Source: Daphnia carinata (lineage: Eukaryota). From it: a stretch of DNA of 64,000 nucleotides. Of the stretch, positions 34,367 to 46,758 are shown piece after piece. Below the pieces are notes generated by a model. The model did no database searches and was not told the origin of the DNA. It was given only the letters and a program-made list of their open reading frames with translations. The position numbers were made by a program, and so were the translations under genes. Every line of letters begins with the position of its first letter. Position 1 is the stretch's first letter. Location of the stretch: positions 4,836,001-4,900,000 of the forward strand of contig NC_081331.1 in NCBI RefSeq assembly GCF_022539665.2, given 5' to 3'.

Positions 34367-36444
34367 CTACAGCGCGCAAGCCTCGCATCCAGGCACGTTG
34401 GAAGGATTTTGGCAATACTCGACGGCTGGGTTAAAGACTTGGCCTTCTGGACACACCTTAGAAAAGCAAAAGGAAAATATCAATGACTCAACTCCCGAAA
34501 ACTGATATTTTAATGAATAAATACTTACTGCAACTATATAGACGCCACCCCCACATACGTAATACAGAGAGCAGTTTCCTGGATAAGGATAGTTTCCAGT
34601 GTGCGAACAGGCAAATTCAACTGGAGGAGCAGCTGTTGGTGGAGTTGGTGGTGTAGTTGGTGGCGTTGTTGGTGGTGTACTTGGAGATGTGTTTGGCGGT
34701 GTTGTTGACGGTGTAGATGACCGCGTAGTTGATGGAGTAGTTTGGAGTGAAGTTGATGGGGCACTTGATCGTGTAGTTGATGGAGTAGTTGGTGGTGTAC
34801 TTGGTGGTGTAGTTGTTGTTGTGCTTGGCAGTGTAGTTGACAGTGTAGATGACCGCGCAGTTGATGCAGTGGTTGGCGCAAAAGTTGATGGAGCAGTTGA
34901 TTGTGTAGTTGATGGAGTAGTTAGTGGAGTAGTAGGTGGTGTAGTTGAAGGTGTAGCTGATGCTGTAGTTGGAGGTATAGTTGGACTTGTTGTAGGAATA
35001 GTCGTTGTCGATGATGCAGTCGGTTGGGTCGCCGTGGGAATCGTGTTGGTTGTAGTTTGGACTGCAGTTGAAGTTGAGGCTGAACTTATCGATGGAGTTG
35101 TTGGTGCCGTTGTTCGTGTAGTTGCTGCTATAGTTGACACCGTTGTTGAAATGGACGTTGCTGTTGAAGTCGTTGACTCCGTTGATAATGGAATTGTCGA
35201 AGATACTGTCGTGGAAGACGTCTTTGGAGTTGTGGTTTGGTCTGTGGGTGAAGTTGGATTGAGGGTCGTGTTTGGAACTGAAGTTTTGGCCGTTGTGGGA
35301 GCTGTTGTCGTAGAGGTGCTGGCGGTTGTCGCTGGTGCTGTTGCTGTAGATGTTGTTGGAACAGTGACGGTGCTTGGAGTAGTTGCAGCTGTTGTTGTTG
35401 ATAAAGTCTCTATCGAACAAACGGGATAAACGGTGTAACGAGCAACCCGTCCAGGTAGACAACGTAACTGGACTTTGTTCTAGTTGTTTGTAGCCATTCT
35501 TGTACTTACCTGTACACGACGCGTCCTCTACTGCCACGCATCGCAAAGCTACAGGATCAAAGGCGTAGCCGGCTGGACAATACTTTCGGAATACATTTCA
35601 AAAGTTTATTTGCATTAGTAGACAATAGATTTTATAATGTGCTTACCCGAACGTAAGACTCCCCAGCACTGCACACGTAGTACAAATTCGTACAGGCACC
35701 TAGCACCGCCACGTAAATTAGAATTGTTTTCCTTAATACATTAGAGTCTACATTGAAGTGCTTTCACTGCCTTACCTGGGTATGGAAATAATCCGTCTGA
35801 AGAGCAGTCCAGCTTCTGATCTATATTCCAATTTGCAAAGTAACATGTTAGTCGATATGTTAATCAAAAGGTAAAAATGAGGTTAGAAATCGTACTGCAT
35901 GAAGCCTGAGCGTAAGGTGTGCAAACAGAAGTGACAGGATCGAAGACATTGCCTGCTGGACACGTCTATATTTGTCAGGCGGATGCGTAGGCAAATATCA
36001 CGTGAATAAAATACCGAATTAAACAGAAAGTTGGAATCAATTAGTAAATCTTTCAACTGTTCTAGAGGTCCCAGAATACCTGAGGGTAAGCTATTCCTTC
36101 TCGACATTGGTAGTAGTTTGCAACGCACTGTTGAGGAGATGCGTAGTTACCATCAGCTCCGGGACAAGTAAAATCCCTTTCTTGCTATGCAATCAAAAAA
36201 AATTTAATATTTAAATGTCATCAGACATACTAAACTGAGCTACATTTTACATTGTAGAAGGGTTTACTTACAGCTGTTTCGGCCACTTCCCATTTCTCCT
36301 TGGAAATTCTATCAGTCACAGCGCACAGACCCCCTAGGACAAAATGAAGCATTTCCGTAAGTCGTCGGCGAAGAGAAACTACATGAAATTACCTTGAACG
36401 CAACAAATAATTAACGCAAGGGACACTAGCGAATAAACTCCCAT
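34367..36444 (-). CDS. Chitin-binding intestinal-mucin-like protein 4: 3 ChtBD2 domains and a long Thr/Ser/Pro mucin exon
   Basis: MGVYSLVSLALIICCVQ signal; domains FTCPGADG, LDCSSDGLFP and FACSHTGNYPYPGNCSLYYVC; ~0.8 kb PTS-rich exon at about 34620-35430. Confidence 0.85.
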
Positions 36445-37412
36445 TGAGGAATGATTCTAGCTTGCACGAAGGTTAAACGATGGCAATTGTTGTAGTAAAA
36501 TAAACAAACTGTCCAGCTAAGCCGTGTAACACAAGATTTTGTATGCCTGTGAAATATGGTCAGCAATAGGTTCCGGCCCACTCAATAAGCTTTCATATGG
36601 TTGTAGCCTTAATCGGCAGGCATGTCACCGTAATTGCTTCACGCAATTTCCTTTTCTTTTTAAAAGATAGGTATTACAATTGCCAACAGCAAAATACTTT
36701 TATAACTTACCACATTAACCTATTTACTTAACAAAGTGGTACGTTTGGCATTCGTTGTATTCTATAAGACATTCATACCTGAGATACTTATTGCCACATA
36801 AGTCGTCATCAAATCCATTAGCAGAAGGCAGCTGCCACTTGAAATTTCCTGTCAAAATTTGTTTATCTTTAAAGGTATAGGGCTGTTTATCGATGACGGA
36901 CCGAAAGTCCAAATTGTGTGACTACAATTGCGGCATATTTGTTGTCATTCAAGTAAGGTCGCGGGAATTGATTCGGGGTAACTCCCTTGTACCTTTTTTT
37001 CCCGACCAGTCACAAGTCTAATATGTTTGTCCAAGCTTCACAATGGAACAACACGTCAAACTGTTTATCTCGAGCTCAATTCAAACATGGAAATTTCCAA
37101 AGACATGTTTGTCCGTTGGATATATAGGGACACTCTTCTGAGCTGCCAACGTCGTGAATATTTGCAAAGAAACAACGACCCCAATTACACGAGGCCTTTT
37201 TTATTTATTGATAAAAGAGGCAATTCATTTATTCATTATTTCATTTTAGTTGAAAAAAAAAAGCATTGGAGCGTGATCGTTTCATTCTTGATTAGCGTTT
37301 GACCTTCCCAGTGACGTCTATAGTTTAGAGGCCGAAAAATAAGTGAAATTGTTTTAGTAATAACTAAAGAATTATATCGAATAGAAGAACGAAAATTTCA
37401 CCTTCTAAAGCC

Positions 37413-39275
37413 TTAGGTGAAATTGGGACAAGCTGAAAGAGGAAAGAAATAATAAATGTGTAAGAAATGGAAGAAATGAATGATAGACTTACGGGTGCAA
37501 CCAGCAGTTTCGAGGGGCACACAAGTCCTTGTTGGTGCGTCAAAAATGTACCCTTGCTGGCATTCCTGCACATCAAATTAAATTGTAAATTTAGGCTGGC
37601 ACCAAAAAGAGATTGTTCTATCATAGATATCGACCACGACGTTTTTTTTAAATAATTGTTGGCATTAAAACAAAACCGGTGTCACGTACCTGCGGGTACG
37701 CCACTCCAACGTAGCACGTATAATATTTTGCCGAACATGCACCGGGGTAGATGGGAAGGAAATCAGTTTCGTTATTCGGGCAAACAAAGTCGGATGGTGC
37801 CACAGTAGTTACATCTTGACAAAGCAAACGTATTCATTAACCTATTGCATAAAATTGCTGTCCGTTCGGGAGTTTCTTACCGCAGTTGTTAACGGTGGTA
37901 GTTGGTGTCGCCATCGTCGTTGTTGAATCTTTGAGAAAAATACGTGAATCGAAGACGAAAATCAATCAAAAATTGAAATGCATATATTACCGAAGCAATC
38001 CGTTTCTTCGGGACGTCTACATTTTGATTCTGCCTCAACGAAAATCCAACCGTTTGGACATTCCTTTAAAACGACGGACACAAATTTGCGTTTGAAATCA
38101 ATTGTTTGCAAATTCAGGAAAGCAGCATTAATATTTAAATCGTTTTACTTGGAAATAGGCGACTCCATTAACGCAGGCGTAATACACAGTTTGACATGGT
38201 TCAAAAGCGTAGAATCCGTCAGCTTCGCATACGATGGGTGTCGGGGTAGTATGCGACTGAACTGTGGTTGTGATTGAGCTTCCAGTTGTTGTAGGAGATG
38301 ACGACGTTGTCGCTACAATCGCGAAAAACAAATTGAAAAAGAAAAAAAATACAAGAAAGCGAAAATAAAAAGAAAAGGTGTCCCTACCTCCGCATGTTGG
38401 CACCTGGTCAGGCATAACGCAGTACAAGAGGTTAGGATCGAAAACGCTGCCATCTGGGCAAACCTGAACCGAGGGTTTCAAAAATGACCTTCAAATCATA
38501 TTGACGGATCTATTTTTTTTTTATTATTTACCTGGGGATAAACGTCTCCCTCGACACACAAATAATATTGATCGCTGCACGCTGATACTGGATAGTATCC
38601 GTTATCCGGACAGGAGAATGGTGGACTCCTAGTTGTTGCCACGGTCGCTTAGCGGATAAAGCTTAAAGTTAATAAGCAAGTGAAAGGTTAAGTTTGATGA
38701 ATAATCAACTCACTTTCACCGGGACGCAGTCTGTCGCCACAATCCGTATCGTACGGGAAGTTACAACCGGAATAGCGAAGGTCAAACAAGTAGTCTGAAT
38801 AGCATTGCCAAAGGGTGGCAGGAGCTCCAGGATAACAAGTGTAGTACTGTTCGCATCTTTCAGGATGAGGAGCTATCGGAGTGTTGGGTGGGCATTGGAA
38901 AGTGGGGTCGGGTCCTATTTCAATATCCCCCTCACCTCGCGAATCGAATCTCAAGTTCTTTTGAAAACAGAAAAATGTCCTGAATTATTACGTATTTTAA
39001 AGGACATCGTGAATTTACAGAGAGATGAGTCTACCTTGCCATGGGTCAACACTCGGAAAGTTGCAGATGGACGAGGGAGAACTGTTATTGATTTAAACAG
39101 AAAAAAACCCATTTTGTTTTTTCAGTTAACTTCACAATAATTCAAGTTTATTTAACAGCGATAAGTAACGCTGGGAATACACTAAATACGGACCGCATAC
39201 CTTTAAGAATTTATCATTTGGCTTACCTTGAAAAACGATGAAGAAAACAAACGCTACAGTTTTTATAGCTTTCAT
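37413..39275 (-). CDS. Chitin-binding peritrophin-A protein 5, 4 domains
   Basis: MKAIKTVAFVFFIVFQ signal; domains GDIEIGPDPTFQCPPNTP.APHPERC, FSCPDNG, IVCEADG and FVCPNNE. Confidence 0.85.
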
Positions 39276-40412
39276 TTCCTTACAGCAATCAGAGAATTTT
39301 ATAAACAATGGTTTGACACAAGCAGTAGTTTAGGTTATTTCCGACGGCTTTCGGTAGTCCACACTCAATCGTGACTGACACTCGTAACGCAAACGGGGAG
39401 GGGAATCGTTTTCGACTGTTTTATCGACATTATTATCTCTGCTACACAAAAAAATGCTACTGTGCACACGTCAAACCTCCATACTCAGCGTACACCGCTT
39501 GCAATATCAGTGTTTTTCTGTAATTTTAATTCAGTTGGCCTATACCTGGCTCATTGGAATTCAATGTCGACCTACTTATTTAATCTCCTAGACGATTCAA
39601 CTAGTCCTGGATTTCAGTGGAAGAACACAGTTTCCTTGGATTTGCGATGCAAGGAGACAAAAATTCCAAAACCACGGAACACAAGAAATATTTGACTCCG
39701 AAAAATGAAAATGACTTGGTCGTATAGAAGCTCAATCAATTTAAAAAAGATAAACCGGAATTCCATTGAAATAATTTACGTGATCGGTGCTTGCTGTTTC
39801 AGCCAACACCTGTCCTGAGATAGGCCAAGCTCTGCATCATGGCATCAACTTGATTTGCACGACGAGAAAGAGATAATTTGTTTTTAGATGCACAACGTAG
39901 AAAGCGAACGCCAAAGCGTTTTCCGTGATTGGGAAGATGGACAAAACTGCTTGTGATCAATGGAATCAGTTTCGCGTTGGGCTTCAACCGTTGCTGCAAT
40001 TACTACTGTCGCGAAATATAGGAAAGCCGTGCATTAAATTGGCTCAAGTTGTCATTATCGGCGGTTACATCTGTACGCAATCCCATCATTATCCGATGAA
40101 AAATTCGTTTGACCCCAAACGAATTAATAATCAAATTATTTCGTCATGTTTGTTGTCCGCGTCCCAGTATCAAATGGGAAGAAAAAAATACCCCTCAAAA
40201 ATATCCTAATCGCCGAGTGAGAAACCTTTGAGACTTAAAAAATGTTCGATTATCTTTGACATTCAGCTGTTTGACACAATAAAAAGAAAGCGGCCAATCA
40301 AACTGCACAATGCGTTTACATAGTGTTTATTTTGTCATTTTGCCGTTGTCATAATAATGGATTTCGTTAATATTTCGTAGCTTAGAGTTTATTTTAAACT
40401 TAATTTTTTTTT

Positions 40413-42649
40413 TCAGTGTAGAAAAAAGGTTTTCAAAAGTTGGTCTTGGGGCTTCGTTTTTTCAATAGCCATCGTTTTTGCAACATTATCGAACCTTTTA
40501 TATAAAAGCGGAAAAGAAAGATGTGCATCCCGAGCAATTCTGCGTGCATAGCTGCGATGAAGCTTCAAAGCATCCATTTTCGGGGCAGTTCTATCAAAGA
40601 AGACAAGTTATTTAAACGGAATGATCCACTTCAAACTTATGGAGAAACGTATAACTCTGAATTGATTTTTTCCAAAGTAAAGAAAACTTACTGAAGGAAA
40701 GGCAATTCCGGAAATGCAAACGTAATATTTATGGCAATCCGTCGGATCGGGATATTTGCCATCTCTACCAGGGCAGATAAACTCCCCGCTTGCAGTTGTT
40801 GTTGACGGCGTTGTGGTTGACGTTGTAGTAGAAGTAGTTGTTGTTGTTGTTGGAGTAGTAGTGGTAGTAGTAGGGGTAGTAGTAGTAGTGGTAGGGGTAG
40901 GGGTAGTAGTAGTAGTGGTAGGGGTAGGGGTAGTAGTAGTGGTGGTAGGGGTAGGGGTAGTAGTAGTGGTGGTAGGGGTAGGGGTAGTAGTAGTAGAGGT
41001 TGTTGTGGGAGTTGTTGTGCTAGTCGAACCTGCATTTGAGATTCACAACAAAACAGCCATTGAATCATCTCAAATTTTGTATCCTATATGTTATAGTCTT
41101 TGCGCTTCCATTCATTGAGTCCGTTAAAACAATATCCTACCTTTCGAACAAGACGCCTGGTCGGCCGTGGAGCAGATGAGGCGTTCCGGATCAAATATGC
41201 CGTTGTTAGGGCAAAGCTTTTGAATAAATGTTATATTAGAAAAATCAAAAGTGACATGAAAAAACGTCTTTAAAGAAATACACAAAAAATAGCAACTCAC
41301 CGATTCGTAAGCTACGCCAGAGGCACAAATAAAGTAGACACCTGTACATTGGCCTTCGACAGGAAAGAACCCATCCTCCACACACGTAAACGCTAAAACG
41401 CAAAATGTTTTATTTAAATTTTTTTCTTCCCAAAAAAACAATTTTTTCTCTAGGGGATAAGTTTTGGACAATTCTATTCAAATTAGGAAGGAGAGAGGGG
41501 TTACAAAACAAGGTTTAGTAAGGTTGCATCTCTAATGAGAAAAAAAGGGGGTGGAATAGGAATTTGCTTATGAATATTGAAATGAGCTGAAAACAAAAAC
41601 AACGCCCGCTTTAGGTGGCCACAAAATTCGTCCCATGGGATTTGGATGGAATTATTTTTCAGAGTAGAAATTTTAAAAATGGGGGGGGGGGAGAGAAAAG
41701 GTATACAAAAGTTAATAAGTTAAGACTCACCCGGTTCCTGACAAGATACTTCGTTTGGTGGTTCGCACGTAAACGTGACCGGATCGAATAAATCATCGCG
41801 TGGGCAAAGCTTTAGTTCAATAAACATGACGTGTCCAATTAATTATTATACATATTTTTTCTTTAAATAATTAATATACAATAATCTGATAACTTGCCAT
41901 AACGTAAGCTACTCCTTGGACGCAGGCGTAATAATGTCGATAGCATCCGTCGGAATCAATAGGATAAAAACCTCCGTCGCTGGGACAAGTAAACGCCGGA
42001 GCGTTCGGTTCAGGAACGGGTGGTCGAGTCGTTGTTATGGGAGTCGTTGTTGTGGAAGTCGTCGTTGATGCGGCTAAAACAATCACATTTAACAAAATGA
42101 TAGAATAATATCAAATTGTGTCTTAACTTTAAACTTACTCTGACCCGGACGCAGTCTGTTGCCACAATCCGTATCATAAGGGTAATTGCAACCGGAATAG
42201 CGGAGGTCAAACAAGTAGTCTGAATAGCATTGCCAAAGAGTGACAGGAGCCCCAGGATAACAGGTATAGTACAGTTCACATCTTTCAGGATGAGGAGCTA
42301 CGGGAGTGTTGGGTGGGCATTGGAAAGTCGGATCAGGACCAATTTCAATGTCACCTGCACCTCGGAAGTTTGGATCCCATTTCTTTTTATTCGAAAAAAA
42401 AAAACACAAAAATATGAGACACTTAGTTTGCCACACTTGTAAGAATTTTGTTTACCTTGCTCAAAAAGGCCGGCACCTTTGAGACTGTCGCGCTGGACAC
42501 GTTGTCCGGTTGGCAAAAAGCTATCACAAGATTTGTTTGAATCAACGCGTTGTAGAGATAAAAATACTTACCAACTTGATTTTTTTAAAACTTGATTAAT
42601 GCTTGCCTAATAACAAGAATCCAAAGAGAAGCGACGGAAATTTCTTCAT
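40413..42649 (-). CDS. Chitin-binding peritrophin-A/mucin protein 6, 4 domains; predicted GC-AG first intron
   Basis: MKKFPSLLFGFLLL signal; domains FQCPPN, FTCPSDG, FTCVEDG and FICPGRDG; (TTTTTPTP)n linker at about 40850-41000. Confidence 0.85.
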
Positions 42650-43476
42650 GACAAACATCTGTGCGCACGTCGTAACACAGAAAAACGTTAAATGCCAATA
42701 ACGAACTCACAGCTGATCTTTAAGTGCTTATCACGGAATTTTAAGCGATAACGGCATGCCTCTGAGCCCATCAGAAAAAAAACCATTCGGTTATCGACGA
42801 CAATGATGATTGTCAAATAATACTTCGTCATTTTGTTGTTCAACGAATGACAGGCAAGTCGCTCTAATCCTAAATGAATTCAGCTTTGGGCTTTTAGTTC
42901 GGCTGCCAACCCTAAGGGTCATTGAATACGCGCAATGCCTCAACCGGCCACGGTCCTGCTTGATTGCATAAGTCGTAGCCCTGGAAGCATTTGCTATTCT
43001 GTACACAATGTAACACACAAAATGCCGAGCTGTTTAAAAAGAAATTGTGTCTTTGATATATGGTCGGTTTTCAGCATTGTACTTTTTGAGAACATAGGGA
43101 TTGTAAATGTCAGGGTCAGCTTGTGTAACACAACATTTCCATCAGATTAAGTGCTTAAACAAGTGTTGACTGTGTGATAATGAGACATTACATTTTGACA
43201 ACATCAGCCCCGATGATGCAAGCAAATGCAATTCTGTAAGCGCTTGGACCGTAAATCAGTCTAGAAGATTTGGGAGCTGTCAGCGGTCTAATGCTGAATA
43301 AATGTTGCAATATTTATGAGTGCAATGTGCTAGACAGAATGTATACAAGTAATTCTTTCATTCTACTACCAGGATATAATATTTTTAGATTAATAGATTT
43401 TTAAGTGGTTAAAATGGGTCATCGTTGAAGCTTGAAATCTGCTTCTCCTGGTGTTATGCAACAGCGAAGTGATGAT

Positions 43477-45873
43477 TTAGATGTTCCTTTTCAAGGACTT
43501 GAAAGCCATCCGCATTGTTTGACAACCCGCTACGTTATAACTCCAATCACAGGCTATGAGAAAATATTGAATAATAAAAGGAAAATTCATTAATAAAAGT
43601 ATTTTGCGGAAATAAGTGACGGCAAAGACAATCTGTCTTGATGATTGCACTTACTCTGGATGGCCGGATTGTAAACAGTGGGCATGGAACAGTCCTTGAG
43701 GATAATAGGAAAATTAATACTGGTTTATAGCTGAATTTAATCAGATGCGATGGCAAAGTGATTTCGGAAACTCTTACCATAAGATACGCGTAATAGTTGG
43801 AGCACATATAATACTGCGTACTACATGCAACACCTGGAACGGGGAAATAGCCATGCGACGTCGGGCAGGTGAATGGTCCCACAGTTGTCGTGCGGATTGT
43901 TGTTGACGTTGTAGTCGGCGTCGTTGTTGTGGGTTTCGTTGTTGTGGGTGTTGTAGTAGGTCGTGTCGTCGTTGTTGTTGGGGTCGTCGTTGTTGGTGTT
44001 GTAGTAGTTCGTGTCGTCGTTGTTGTCGGGGTCGTCGTAGTTGGCGTCGTTGTTGTTGGGGTCGTCGTTGTTGGTGTCGTTGTTGTTGGGGTCGTCGTAG
44101 TTGGCGTCGTTGTTGTAGGGGTCGTCGTTGTTGGTGTCGTTGTTGTTGGTGTCGTTGTTGGGGTCGTCGTTGTTGGTGTCGTCGTTGTTGTCGGGGTCGT
44201 CGTAGTTGGCGTCGTTGTTGTTTGGGTCGTCGTTGTTGGTGTCGTTGTTGTTGGGGTCGTAATTGTGGGTGTCGTTGTCGTCGATCTTGTGGTTGTGGTT
44301 GTCGACATTGAATGCGTTGGTGTCATTGTCGTTGTAGTGGGCTTTGTAGTCGGCGTTGTTGGAGTGGTCATACCAGGCATTGCTGTCGTGCTGTTGGAAG
44401 CTGAAAAGGAAAAGCATGACATATAGATTGTATTCCCGAATTTCAAAAGAGCGACGCATGGCTGCGATTAGGATTGTTACCTGTGCAAGTAGCATTTGCT
44501 GCCGGCACGCAGTTTTTCGTTACAGGATCAAAAATCGTAGTTCCAGGACAATTCTGAATATAGCGTGATATCAATTATAACCATATTGATCTTTAATATA
44601 CCAATTAACTTGTCCTATTATGTTACCTGTACGTACGACACATTCCCGACACAAGCATAGTACGAGTTGCTGCAGGCACCTTTGGGGTTACATTTTCGGG
44701 TTAATTTCACAAGAATACATACAATATTGTTCATGAAAAAGAAAATATAAAATTTACCTGGAATTGGGTAAAAACCATCAGCCGTAGGGCAGGTGAAAAC
44801 AGGTGTCGCTGAAAAGCAAACAAATAAAACATCAGTCCACTGGTTGCTAGTCAATTTATCAATAAAACAGTTCCTTAATGCTTCAGGCTAATCGAATGGA
44901 AATTTGACAGAAAAAAGGGAATAGCTAATCTTATGACTTACTGCAACTGGCATTTGTAGGCGATGTACAGATTCTTGTTACGGGATCGAAAATGTTACCA
45001 TTTGGACAAGTCTGTCAAAGTTCCATCAAGGAGACGCTTGATTAAAAATGATATCAAATTTGGCTATTGCTTTAGGTCGTAATATACCGATACGTATGGA
45101 GATCCGCTGACGCACACATAATAGTCTCCTGTGCATTTGTTGGGAATGGCAAAGAATCCGTCGGGTGTAGGGCAGTTGAAAGTCGGTTGGTTCGATGGTA
45201 CAGTATTGCACGGTGGAGTGGTTGTGGGTATCAGGGTTGGAACGGTCGTCTGCACACCTTTCGTCATATTTTTCAAAGGTATAAATCAATAGCGTACTAT
45301 ATGGAACAACATGAAATTAAAACTCACTCGTAGCAGGACGCTTTCGTGCTCCACAGTCGACCTCCATAGGATAATTGCAACCCGAGTAGTTAAGGTCAAA
45401 CAAATAGTCTGAAAAGCATTGCCAAAGAGTGACAGGATATCCAGGATAGCAGGTGTAGTACAATTCACATCTTTCCGGATGAGGAGCAACGGGAGTGTTG
45501 GGTGGACAAATGAAGGTCGGATCGGGTCCTATTTCAATGTCGCCTGCCCCGCGTGAGTCGCCATACAGACGCAAGCCCTTTTTGAAATAGACATTCAAAC
45601 AAATGGGAATAAAGCACGCACTTTGACGTCGTCATATTGTGGTAGGTTTATCTACATTTTTATTTTACCTTGCTAAGTAGTGGCGCCTGCCTTGCCCTGG
45701 CCGCTGCGATCACGGTCTCGGCTTGAAGAAGTGCTGTAACAATAAGATTGACAAAAAGATAGCATTAGCCAAGAATTTTCTCTTATGTTCTGTGTTTAGC
45801 TAAAGATGAGACTCAGCGTTGAGTGCTTGCCTAAGAGCGCGATTCCGATGAACAACGATGAAAAATACTTCAT
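43477..45873 (-). CDS. Chitin-binding peritrophin-A/mucin protein 7, 4 domains; predicted GC-AG first intron
   Basis: MKYFSSLFIGIALL signal; domains FICPPN, FNCPTPDG, FTCPTADG and FTCPTSHG; long (PTTTT)n tract. Confidence 0.85.
43900..44300 (-). repeat. ~15-bp coding repeat encoding a (PTTTT)n mucin tract
   Basis: Alternating units gtcgtcgttgttggt / gtcgttgttgttggg / gtcgtcgtagttggc. Confidence 0.9.
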
Positions 45874-46758
45874 GACAAACGTCTGAGCTTTGCTTCTGTT
45901 GCAGTAAAATTGGATCTCCGATGAACTTGTTGTAAGGCTAATGAATGGGAATGCTCTACATTTCTCAGCTGCCAGTCACCTTTTATAGTTTTACTCTAGT
46001 TAAGCCAGTCCAGCTTTTTCGTTATCACTCTTTTATCTCTAAAGTCTTACATGCTTCATCCATTAGGCACACTTAAAGAGAACTGAATTGTCAAACGTCG
46101 ATGTAATTTGCTTTCTCGAAAATCGATAGGTTGCCATAAACCGTTCAATTATCAATTCGTTTTGAGTAGGCGAAATTTAAATACGTCATTTCTATATTTT
46201 CTACGCATTTTTGAAGACGATTGCAAATTGATAATAAACAACCAATGGGAATTCCAAAAATGAAAACGGAAAAGTAGGAAGATTAGTTAGTCAGTCCCGG
46301 ATGTTGATCTTTTGATCCTGTCTTTTGGTTTAAGCTTATTCGACAAGGGTGTGGAAAGATAGGATTAATCCTTGGACAAACATTTCTCAGTCCACGGAGT
46401 CTGGTGCAAACTGTGACTTGGTGTTGCAACGTGACATTGAAGCCGACAACTGCCTCAGGGTTAAGTAGGTTATAACATATGACACAACTGCTCGTACGGG
46501 CAGAATAATTATATGTTTTTAATTAAAAAAATTATTCTTTACTAGTTGCCATCACATTTTTGCTTAAAACATGTGTGGATCGACCGCTCCCGATTGCATA
46601 TTTCCTTCTTTAGCCAAATTCATTTGAATGGCAACTGTTATTACGATTGCTAACTAGCAGAAGACAATCTGATTTTGAAAATTTACTTCCACTTCCTTGA
46701 AAGTAGAGATACAATTCTAGTCCGTTCTGAAAGTGGTGCCCTGCATAAAGAGACGAGA

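Noticed and set aside
28953..44495. Poly-Val, poly-Cys/Arg and Asn/Asp-rich ORFs (e.g. 28953-29309, 34599-35429, 43821-44495)
   Set aside because: Antisense or off-frame readings of the Thr-rich mucin repeats.
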